A stretch of 59,582 nt of DNA, filler included. It is 8 parts of 8 records of this genome, joined end to end, with 100 filler letters (N's around TTAATTAATTAA, not from the genome) between each part and the next. Parts side by side here need not be neighbours in the genome. Positions count along the whole stretch, not along the records: positions 8,862 to 13,936 come from SRR31147125_73079; positions 14,037 to 19,533 come from SRR31147125_73104; positions 19,634 to 33,996 come from SRR31147125_73153; 5 more parts are not named here. One strand, given 5' to 3'. Below the pieces are notes generated by a model. That model saw only the letters and a list, made by a program, of their open reading frames with translations. It made no database searches and was not told the origin of the DNA. Positions within the stretch are counted from its first letter, which is position 1; every line of letters begins with the position of its first letter. Below, one piece after another: positions 11,352 through 21,464 of this stretch. The translations under genes were made by a program, and so were the position numbers.

Positions 11352-11499
11352 AAGTTTCCTATTTACAACTTCTAATTTAACATCAGTTTTATTAATGCCT
11401 GTGCGGAAAAGGTGAATGTTGGTTCTCAGGCATGTAGGTAATTCTATGATTTAAAATCAAACGAGTTCTTTAAAATTATTAACCTATTAGAAAATTGTA

Positions 11500-13936
11500 A
11501 TGAAAAAATTTAGCTTGTTATTTCTACTTGTAATAATTCAAATTGGGATTTATGCTCAAGGTATGTTTAACTACCAGGCTATTATTAGGGATAGTGAAGG
11601 TAATACTGTAAAGAACACAAACTTGGAGGTCACGCTATCGATTTTAGATAGTTTTGACCAAACAATTTATGAAGAAGAACATTTTGTATCCACAGATGGA
11701 TTTGGAATAATTAACCTTAAAGTTGGTACTGGCTCCCAAGTTATTGGGGAGTTTTCTCAGGTTGAGTGGAATGATGATTTATTAATAAAAACCAGCATCC
11801 AGTCTCAGGGTAGCGAAGGAATTAACATTGAAGGTGAGAGTAGTGTTGGGGCAGTTCCAAAAGCAAACTATTCATTTGTTGCAGAACGCCTGGTTGATGA
11901 ACTGCGCTTTCAATCTGACTGGAATGTAGATGACCCACAAGAAATTGGCTACATTAAAAACAGACCCTCAATACCTTCATCTTTTACTGGTGATTATAAT
12001 GATTTGAGTAATGTTCCTGATTTGGCGGAAGTAGCAACATCCGGAGAATATGATGATCTGAAAAATAAGCCAATCATACCTGAGCTACAAAACCTTGAAC
12101 TTAACGGCAAAAAGCTATCAATATCCGAAGGAAATACGGTAAACCTTACAGTACTTAATTCAGATGATCAAAAATTGAGTAAAACAGGTTCAACAATTTC
12201 TTTGGAAGATGGTGGTGATATTACTTTGAACGATGATGATCCAGCCAACGAAATTCAGGATTTGAGTTTGGTAGGTAATATTCTAAAAATAACGAACAAT
12301 ACTTCAGCAACGGTTATTAGTCTATCTTCTTTTAATGATAATACTGATGATCAGGTGATTAGTAAATCTGCTGCAATCATTTCGTTAGAAGACGGAGGTA
12401 GTGTTACTCTTGAGGATGATGATCCATCCAATGAGTTACAGGATTTAAATGGAGCAGTGTTAAATGGCTCAAATGTACTTTCAATCAATATTGAAAACGG
12501 GACTGGTACAACAGCAGACCTTTCTGCTTTGGCAGATAATACAGATGACCAAACTTTGAGCATATCTGGAACAACATTGGCTATTGAAGATGGTAATAGC
12601 ATTAACCTTTCAGCTATAAGTAGCGATGATCAAAATCTTAGTGAAGTTCTTGCAGAAGGTAGTAGTGCCGGAGATGAACAGATTAAGGATCTTGCTGACC
12701 CAACGGATGATCAGGATGCAGTGACTAAATATTATGCTGTTGGTCAGTTAAACAGTAAAGTTGATAAGGAGACAGGGAAAAGGCTTTCTGCAAATGACTA
12801 TACGGATGCTGAAAAAGCGATTGTAACTGATGCTGAAATACAAACCAATAAGAATGCTGCAAATGGCTATGCAGGTTTAGATTCAAACAAAAAAGTAGAC
12901 GAATCTCAGCTTCCAAAAATTACTGTTGGAAATATTTATGCAGTTAATTCTGAAGCGGAACAATTGGCGTTGACTGCAGGTCGTGGAGATGTAACTGTTA
13001 GAAGCGATATAAATAAAACCTACATGCACAATGGAGGATCAGCCGGTGATATGACCGACTGGATAGAAGTGAAGACTCCAACGGGGGAAGTATTTAGTGT
13101 AAATGGAAAGAAGGGAGATGTTAGCATTACAATTAATGATATCCCAGGGCTTCAAACTACCATTAATAATATGGCTGACTTGAGCAATGTTTACACCAAG
13201 TCAGAGACTAATAATGTGCTCGATAAAAAAATCGATGAGCCAACAGGTCAAAATAGTAAAATGCTTACGACCGACAGTAGCGGGAATCTTGTATGGGCTG
13301 ATAAAACGACATTTATTGATACTGATGACCAGACACTCGGGTTAAGCGGAAATACACTTGCAATATCAGATGGGAACAGTGTTGATTTGACACCATTACT
13401 ATCAGATGAACAGGATTTGGGAAATGTTCTTTCGAATGGGAATGATGCAAAAAACAAACAGATTAAAAACCTCGCAAGCCCATTAAGCGACAAAGATGCA
13501 GTGAATAAAATCTACCTTGTAGGTGAACTGTTCAGCAAGGTAGATAAGGAAACTGGTAAAGGACTATCTTCAAACGACTATACCGACGCTGATAAAGCAA
13601 TAGTGGTAGATGCGGAAGTAAAAAGCAGCAAAAATGTTCCTAATGGTTATCCGGGGCTGGACTCTAACAAAAAAATTGATGAGGCCCAATTGCCAAAGAT
13701 CACAGTCGGTAATGTTTTTGCGATTGATTCAGAGTTCGAACAATTGGCATTAACCGCAAGCCGTGGTGATGTTGCAGTTCGCAGTGATGAAAACAAAACT
13801 TATATGCACAATGGGGGCAGTGCTGGTGATATCACCGATTGGACTGAAATGAAAACACCATCAGGAGAAGTTTTTAGTGTGAATGGTAAAAAAGGGGATG
13901 TAACTATTAATATTTCAGACATACCTGGATTACAGG
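11500..13936 (+). CDS. Large secreted repeat protein with fibre-like motifs (3' truncated)
   Basis: Signal peptide, NYQAIIRD-type N-terminal domain, DDQ/NEIQDL beta repeats, and an internal duplication with a 780-nt period. Confidence 0.8.
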
Positions 13937-14036
13937 NNNNNNNNNNNNNNNNNNNNNNNNNNNNNNNNNNNNNNNNNNNNTTAATTAATTAANNNNNNNN
14001 NNNNNNNNNNNNNNNNNNNNNNNNNNNNNNNNNNNN

Positions 14037-15411
14037 CTTCTGGGAGATCTTTTCTTTTTCTTCTTGCTCATCTTCTCTATCGGAGCCGTCGACCGACTCC
14101 TCCCTCGAATAGAGATTGAACTTCATCCCGGCGAAGCGCGCAACCATGAGCCACAAGAGCACGAGCATCACCACTATGACCGACAACCACCTGGTGGTTG
14201 TGAACTCAGAAAAAGATGATTGTGAGGATCAGACCGATTCCAACCCCGAGGGCCTTGGCAAAGCGCTGAACGAAAATATCGATGAACGCCTTGGCACCGT
14301 ATTTCTCCACCCGGCCCAGGGGCACATAGAGGGCCTCCTTGGCCGACTGGTTCATGGAGTAGTTGAGCCCGTTGTCTGCGATGCTCAAGAAACTTCCCAT
14401 CCACAAAACCGGCACGGCCAAATATCCTGCCGAGAAGAGCAAGATGGCCGCCGGGAGAATCATGAGGGCCCGCCCAACCCCAAACCTGGACATCACGAAG
14501 CTGGTGGCCAAGAGCTGAACCCCCATGGAGAGCGCGTTGGTGATCATGTAGACCGTGGACAGGTGCTCCCGAATGGCGTGACCATCCAGGTAGTGGGCCA
14601 CCGTCTCGGTGAACTGGAAGTCGGCCATTGAGGAAACGACTTCGTACAAACCCACGATGGCAGCCACCGCCAGGAGATACCGAGATTTGAATACGAGCCT
14701 GGCGCCGGCCAAGGAGGACTCTCTTTTTGCAGTCGCGTGTTCCTCTCTGCGCCAGGCACCAAGCCTCACAGGGCGCCGGTCAACAATTATTCCCGACACC
14801 ACGGCCAAGACACCGACAACTATCCCTGCGCCGAAAACGATCCAGATCCAAGACGAGGGGGACAAGTTGCCAATCCAGGTGCGCACGACAGTCGAACCGA
14901 AAACGCCTCCTACCACTCCACCGAGTACAACCACTCCGTACATGCGCTTGGCCTGATCCGGCGTCACGCTGTCGTTCAAAAACGCAAAGAAAGAAGCCAG
15001 CATGATCATGTTGTACAGATCGCCGAATAAATAGAAGGTCCAGACCGTGCCGGTTCCGGGTTCCTGCAAAAGGAAAGCGAAAAGCGCGAATCCCAACTGA
15101 AGAACGATAAGAAATGCGACTGTCAGCTCCTGACGTCGCAAGCGCTGGGACATCCATCCGAAAACCGCCATGGCGAAAAACGCCACAATCATGTTCGCCA
15201 CTTTGGCCAGAAGCTCGGCCTGGGATGCGCGCAGGGTGAGCCCCAAAAGGTCCAAACCCGCGACGTCGTAGTGCTCGATGAAAAGACCCTTCTTCAGAGG
15301 TTTCAAGACCCAGAAGCTGGCGATGATCAAAAAGAAGTGGGCGAACATGGTCGCGGCGAAGGGGATCTCCGCCCGTCGTATATTTACGAGTAGCTTGAAA
15401 GGATTCTTCAT
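14037..15411 (-). CDS. NTT/TLC (Npt1/Npt2-like) nucleotide transporter family MFS protein (frameshift near 14210, 3' truncated)
   Basis: VLKPLKKGLF, QAKRMYG, NYSMNQSAKEALYVP and KYGAKAFIDIFVQR. The last TM continues in ORF 13989-14186 after removing one T. Confidence 0.82.
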
Positions 15412-15649
15412 GGGACTATTCCAACCACCGTCCTATCCTCAATCATCGCAACTGCGTGTCAGGTACGAACTTAGCCCGCCTGTCCCGCATCTCAAAGTTT
15501 CCGAACCTTCCCAAATCAATTTCACTTATGAAATCAACGTTTTACAATTATTGTAATCTTCTGGGCGACGCACATTGGACACAGCCACAACCCGCTGCTA
15601 TAATTAGGCAATTCTTAAATTTATATCGTCATCACAGAAAGGGGGACCT

Positions 15650-16927
15650 GTGAAAGACGATCGGGAAAACGGGAGCCAACATCCCAAAAGGCCATTGACG
15701 AAGGGCTGTATGCCCTACCCCACAGATCTGGAATGCGCACACCCCGACGAGTCAGAAAAGGTCACCGCTTCGACATCCCGAACGGAGCGGATGGAGACAC
15801 TGGGCCTCATCGCCGGCGGCGTAGCCCACGACCTGAACAATCTCCTCGCACCGATAATCAGCTACACTCAGCTTGCCCTGGATGACCTCTGTCCCGACGA
15901 CATTGTGTACCAAGACATAGTAGAAATCGGCGACGCGGCTCGAAAGGCCAATGCTCTGACGAAGCAGCTCCTGTCCTTCAGCAGGCGCCAGGAACCCGCC
16001 CAGATTGTGGTGAATCTGAACGACTCCATAGAGAGCATGAAGAAAATGCTCCGCCGAATCTTGAGAGAGAACATCAGCATCGAATACCACCTGGAGGCCG
16101 ATCTGGACGGCATCAAGGCCGACCTCTCTCAAGTGGATCAGATCGTTTTGAACCTGGCCATGAACAGCCAGGATGCCATGCCGAGAGGCGGACGCCTTGT
16201 CATAGAAACCGCCAATGTAGATCTTGAAGACACCTTCTGTACGAGGCATGAAAGCGCGTCTCCCGGGCCCTATGTCCTGCTGGTGGTGAAGGATAACGGC
16301 GACGGCATGGACGATCGCACCAGAGAACGGATCTTCGAGCGCTTCTTCACCACGAAAGGAGAACTCCACGGCACGGGTCTGGGACTCGCAACTGTCAAAT
16401 CCATAGTGGAACGCAACGGCGGTTTCATCCAGGTGATCAGCGATCTGGGGCGAGGAACATCGTTCAAGATATTTTGGCCCAGAATGGTGGGGTCTCTCTT
16501 CGGAAAAAGCTTCGCAGAGAAACGCCGTCCTCCCAGGGGCAAGGGAGAGCGAATCCTGGTAACCGAGGACGACGACGGCATCCGCAGGCTGGCTGCGCGT
16601 ATCCTGGAGAAGCACGGTTACGATGTTGTGGAGGCCAGCGACGCGGATGAAACCCTGGCCGCTGTAACCGGTTTGCGCCGCCCGGTGGATCTCTTTCTCA
16701 TGGATCTGATTTTGCCGGGAATGGACGGAATGTCGTTATTCAAGCGCCTCGAGGAAATCAAGCCCGGCAGCAAGGTTGTTTTCATGTCAGGCTACGATCT
16801 GCACACCTTGAAGGGTCAAGGCATGGATGTTCCTATTTCCGACTTCCTGGCCAAACCCTTTTCTGTGCTGAGCCTAACGAACAAGGTTCACGAGCTTCTC
16901 GCCAACGGATCAATGGCCACCGTCTAG
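15650..16927 (+). CDS. Hybrid histidine kinase (HisKA-HATPase-REC) without a sensor domain
   Basis: AGGVAHDLNN H-box, NLAMNSQDAM, DNGDGM, FFTTK, GTGLGL, and a C-terminal receiver (EDD..D..KPF). Confidence 0.92.
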   Translation: MKDDRENGSQHPKRPLTKGCMPYPTDLECAHPDESEKVTASTSRTERMETLGLIAGGVAHDLNNLLAPIISYTQLALDDLCPDDIVYQDIVEIGDAARKANALTKQLLSFSRRQEPAQIVVNLNDSIESMKKMLRRILRENISIEYHLEADLDGIKADLSQVDQIVLNLAMNSQDAMPRGGRLVIETANVDLEDTFCTRHESASPGPYVLLVVKDNGDGMDDRTRERIFERFFTTKGELHGTGLGLATVKSIVERNGGFIQVISDLGRGTSFKIFWPRMVGSLFGKSFAEKRRPPRGKGERILVTEDDDGIRRLAARILEKHGYDVVEASDADETLAAVTGLRRPVDLFLMDLILPGMDGMSLFKRLEEIKPGSKVVFMSGYDLHTLKGQGMDVPISDFLAKPFSVLSLTNKVHELLANGSMATV

Positions 16928-16936
16928 CACCTTGGA

Positions 16937-17784
16937 CTATCCCTGGGATCGAAGAGCGAAATCGATCTCGTCGATCATCCTCTCCTTGCTCTTGGTGAAG
17001 GTCCCGGACAATGCCAGGTAGTTGGACACATGATCCGATCGGAAAATTATTCCGTTCTCGGTTATCCCCGACACCAGCCGACGCAATTCCAAGAGCACCT
17101 CTCGAGGTTCGAGTCGGCGCCAGGAGGGGTCAGGGAATCTTTGCGGTAGTTGTCGTCCCCGAAGGGGAGCATCAACGTCAGTGCCGAAGCGAACCGGGGC
17201 TTGATGGCGTTGATCACCGCTGCGGAATCATCTGCATGAGCATCTGAAAGTCGCGGACCACCCAAGCCCAAGATGATCATCACCGAAAGCTTCAACCCAG
17301 CCTCGGACAGTCTGCGACAATGGTGCACGGAGTCAGCGGCACCAATCCCCTTTCCTATTCCGGCGAGGACTTGATCATTCCCCGACTCCAGTCCCACGTA
17401 AACTTGAGTCAGCCCCGCGTCCGCCAAAGCACGCAAGCCCTGATCATCATGCAAAGAAGCATTCTGGGCGGAACCGTACAACGATACCCGCCGCAGCCGA
17501 GGCAAACCCTCGTAGAGCCTGTCCAGAACTCGCCTCAAATGCTCCCCGTCGAGGCGCAGCGGATCACCGTCACAAAGAAAGACCTTGCGCGTGGTCGGGA
17601 GATTTCGAGCAGCCCAATCTATCTCCTCGAACACCTTCTCCAACGGCTTGACTCGGTAGGGTTTGTCCTTGTACGTGACGCAAAAAGCGCAACGATTATG
17701 AGAGCAACCGTCAGTAATCTGAAGCAAAAGAGAGCCTGCCTCGGCGGGGGGTCTTATGATTGGCTCGGTATAGCGAATTGCCAC
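16937..17784 (-). CDS. Radical SAM protein (frameshift near 17140)
   Basis: RPPAEAGSLLLQITDGCSHNRCAFC (CxxxCxxC). After restoring one A the frame continues IFRSDHVSNYLAL...SQG* to 16937. Confidence 0.88.
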
Positions 17785-17868
17785 GGGTCCTCCTGGGAAG
17801 ATGCTCCATAGCGTATTTTTGTTTCATCCTGAAGCTGGAATGATACACCTTGTGCACAAGAGAAGGAG

Positions 17869-19533
17869 GTGTATGTGAAATCTGGAATCAAGTCAGGCGC
17901 CAAAGGCCTGGGAGGAGCCTTCAACAAACTCTTGGCGAAAAATGTGGAGCGCTTCTTGGCCATACCCGGAGGGAAGCTCTACAAAAAATATATCAAAGCG
18001 ACCCAGGATACCGCCGGGACTCAGGAGCGCCTCCTCCTGGACATAATCGACCACGCCAAGGACACAGTTTTCGGGAAGGAACACGGCTTCGCTGAGATCA
18101 AGTCTTACGAGGACTACAAAAAGCGCCTTCCCATAAGAGACTACGAGGCTCACCGGCCATACGTGAACAGACACGCTGCCGGGGAACGGGATGTGCTTTT
18201 CCCCGGAAAACCCGTGATGTACACCCGCACGAGCGGCACCACCGCGGAACCCAAGCTGATTCCCGTCTCGGAATTCAATTTCGAGCGCACCATCAAGAAC
18301 CGAGGGAAGCTGTGGCTCCACGGCCTATCGCGCAACTTCCCCGGAATATACAAGGGAAAAGACTTTACGATAGTCTCCCCGGCGGAAGAAGGACGAACCG
18401 ATGACGGCACCGTGATGGGATCGATCTCGGGATTCATCTATCGAAGCATTCCCGAGTTCGTCAAGCTGGTGCACACCATTCCATACGATGTGATCACAGC
18501 CGAGGATTACGAGGCAAAGGCATACACCCTGCTGCGCTTCGGGGTTCCCAGCAATGTCACGTCCATATTCACAGGCAACCCCAGCACCATCGTCAACCTC
18601 ATGCAAAAGGCGGATCTCTGGAAGGAAGACCTTATCAGGGATGTTCGCGACGGCACCATCCGAGGGGACCTGGCCCTGGAACCGGAGATCCGCACTCAGG
18701 TGGAGTCGATGCTGGAGCCTGCCCCCGAACGCGCCGCCCTGCTGGAGAGCATGGCCGCGGACACCCTGCGCCCGGCGGACTACTGGCCCAACCTCAAGCT
18801 GGTCCACACCTGGACCAACGGCAACTGCAGGCTGGTGATCCCCAAGCTGGAGCCTTGGTTCGAACCGGGAACACCCATACTGGATTTCGGCTACATCGCC
18901 AGCGAGATCACCGCCTCGGACCTCATGGACCCTGCAACAAACGGATCATACCTGGCCATCAACAGCGGTTTCTTCGAGTTCAGTCCTGAGGTCGAGGGGG
19001 AGAGCCCTTCCACCTTCCTCATGGCCCACCAACTGGAACCCGGCGAGAAATACTATATCTACGTCACAACTCTGAGCGGCCTCTATCGTTACGACATGAA
19101 CGACGTGATTCAAGTGGTGGATCGCTTCAACCAGACCCCTATCTTCAAGTTCTTGTACAAAGGCAAGGGGGTCACCTCAATCCAAGGTGAGAAGCTCTCT
19201 GAAGAGCAGCTCATCGAGGCCATGCGGCGCACATCGACTGCAACGGGCATCCCCCACGACTTCTTCGTTGCCTACGCCAACACCGACCGGGACAGATACG
19301 AGCTCTACGTGGAGATCACTGACGACTCGGGCCCGGAAAAAGAGAGAGTCTTCGCCCAGTCCCTCGATGAAGAGTTGCGCAAGGTGAACGTGGAGTACGA
19401 CGCCAAACGCCACACTGAGCGATTGGGGCCAATCGATCTAATCCCCCTCGAAAAAGACGCCTTCGCCCGATACCGCAAACTGCGAATGGAAGAAGGCGCC
19501 TTGGAGGGCCAATTCAAGTGGCTCCACCTCTCG
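17869..19533 (+). CDS. GH3-family acyl-adenylate/amido synthetase-like protein (3' truncated)
   Basis: TSGTTAEPKLIP, YIASE, GLYRYDMND and GEKLSEEQ motifs. Confidence 0.88.
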
Positions 19534-19634
19534 NNNNNNNNNNNNNNNNNNNNNNNNNNNNNNNNNNNNNNNNNNNNTTAATTAATTAANNNNNNNNNNN
19601 NNNNNNNNNNNNNNNNNNNNNNNNNNNNNNNNNC

Positions 19635-20588
19635 CCCGGCACGGCTCGCTCATCTGATCAGAGCCTGAATCGGCGGGACCTGCATGCGTCCCTGACCGCG
19701 AAGCTCGCTCCGGCGACGCCGGTTGAAAAGGCCAATCTCTCTGTGGTCACCGTGATTACCGCAGCAGGTTCCGGTTCCGGCTTCTTCATCAGCGATGACG
19801 GCTTGATCGTCACCAACCGCCATGTGATTCGGGGGAGTGAAACAAACGATACCCAGGTAAAGAAGCAGATGGCCGAAGCGGGCAATCGGCTTGCGCAGAT
19901 TAAGGAATCCCTCGACCGTGAAAAGGTCCGGATAGAGGCGTATCGGCGTGATTTGCGGGACCGTGGGGAGCAGCTCAGGGAAGCGCTTGCCAACCCCGCG
20001 ATACGGGTCGATGCGGCCGAGCGCAGCGCCTATGAAAAGACACTGGCCGAGCGCTCGCGTCAGCTGCAGGAGTGGCAGTCCGACTGGGAGAAGCGCAGTA
20101 AGTCCTACCGGAGCGCCCGGGCGGAATTCAACGGCCGCACACAGGAGTTTCAGCAGAGCAGTCGGCGGCTGTCCGCCCAGACCCGGTTCGAGATCGTCCT
20201 GGCCGACGGGAGCACCCACTCTGCGATTTTCTACCGGGTAAGCGAGGCCTACGATCTTGCGTTGCTGAAACTCGACGGCTATAAAACACCGTATCTGAGG
20301 TCCGCCCGTGCCGACTCCATGGCGCTGGGCGAAGACGTCTACGCGATCGGCTCACCGCTGCGGCTCAACAACAGCGTCACCTCGGGCGTCGTGTCGAGCA
20401 GCCGCGGTATTTATATCCAGACCAACGCGGAGATCTACCCGGGCAACTCGGGCGGCCCGCTGGTGACGGCGGACGGTCTGGTCGTGGGTGTCAACACGAT
20501 GAAGCGCCTCACCCGCAACTTCGAGGGGCTCGGATTCGCGCTCAAGTTCGCGCTGGTGAAGCGGGAATTCGGAGACTATCTGAATTAG
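19635..20588 (+). CDS. Trypsin-like S1C serine protease with coiled-coil insertion (5' truncated)
   Basis: GSGFFI..TNRHV, DLALL and GNSGGP triad. The frame is open back to the contig start. Confidence 0.88.
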   Translation, partial: PGTARSSDQSLNRRDLHASLTAKLAPATPVEKANLSVVTVITAAGSGSGFFISDDGLIVTNRHVIRGSETNDTQVKKQMAEAGNRLAQIKESLDREKVRIEAYRRDLRDRGEQLREALANPAIRVDAAERSAYEKTLAERSRQLQEWQSDWEKRSKSYRSARAEFNGRTQEFQQSSRRLSAQTRFEIVLADGSTHSAIFYRVSEAYDLALLKLDGYKTPYLRSARADSMALGEDVYAIGSPLRLNNSVTSGVVSSSRGIYIQTNAEIYPGNSGGPLVTADGLVVGVNTMKRLTRNFEGLGFALKFALVKREFGDYLN

Positions 20589-20620
20589 CCTGGCATTTAT
20601 GAGGAACCGGGGAGTCTGTC

Positions 20621-21400
20621 TCAGAGATTTGTAAGAAAGACCATCTCCGACTCGCTTGACAGCTCGTTAACGTAACGATAGCCGCTTCGGTCAAACGCTC
20701 GAATTTCCTCCAGTCGCTCGATTCGATTGGCTACAAACCAGTCCACAAACATCCCGCGGGCCCGTTTCGAGTAGACAGCAATGTTCTTGATCGTCCCGTC
20801 CTTGCGTTGTTTGAAGGTTACGGTGACCATGGATCCTGCCAGTATCGCTGGCAGTACGGTTTGTGAGTACTCCCTGGATGCCAGGTTCAGTACAACAGAG
20901 GTGCTGACTTCCTGTAAATCCTCATTGAGCTGGTGTGTTACCCGCTCGGCCCAGTGCTTGTCGAGTGAGGAGGCTGTACCGGGCGACATCTTGTACCCCA
21001 TCTCGAGTCGGTAGGGCATCATCAGGTCGAGCGGCCGCAACATGCCGTAGAGTCCGGAGAGGATGCGGAGGTGACGGTCGGCGAAGAGGAAATCGTCGGT
21101 GCTGAAGTTTTCCTGGTGGATCTGGGCAAATATTTCTCCGGCAAAGGTGGCCAGCGCGGGGCTTGCCGTCTCCCGGACATGCGGCAGCGCAAATTCCTCA
21201 AACCTCTGTATTGTGGTGTCGACCAGCTTGTCGCTGATTTTCATCACGTTCTTGAGGTCTTCCCTTTTGAATGATCTGCAGTGTTCCGCGAGGGTTTCCG
21301 CCTGATCGAGAAAGACCGGCTGGCTGGTCGGCAGGTTGCTCGGCAATTCAGTCGCTGGCATGTAGTGCTGGGTTTTGGCCGAATTGATAATGATAAGCAT
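20621..21400 (-). CDS. yaaA: YaaA (DUF328) peroxide-stress protein
   Basis: MLIIINSAKTQ start, ILSGLYGMLRPLD..PYRLEMG, LNLASREY, KRARG. Confidence 0.9.
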   Translation of the reverse strand: MLIIINSAKTQHYMPATELPSNLPTSQPVFLDQAETLAEHCRSFKREDLKNVMKISDKLVDTTIQRFEEFALPHVRETASPALATFAGEIFAQIHQENFSTDDFLFADRHLRILSGLYGMLRPLDLMMPYRLEMGYKMSPGTASSLDKHWAERVTHQLNEDLQEVSTSVVLNLASREYSQTVLPAILAGSMVTVTFKQRKDGTIKNIAVYSKRARGMFVDWFVANRIERLEEIRAFDRSGYRYVNELSSESEMVFLTNL

Positions 21401-21464
21401 GACGATGTCCCATGTTGATGGTGTGCGGATGAAACGGTGGCTGGAGCCCTCCCCGGCGCTTTCG

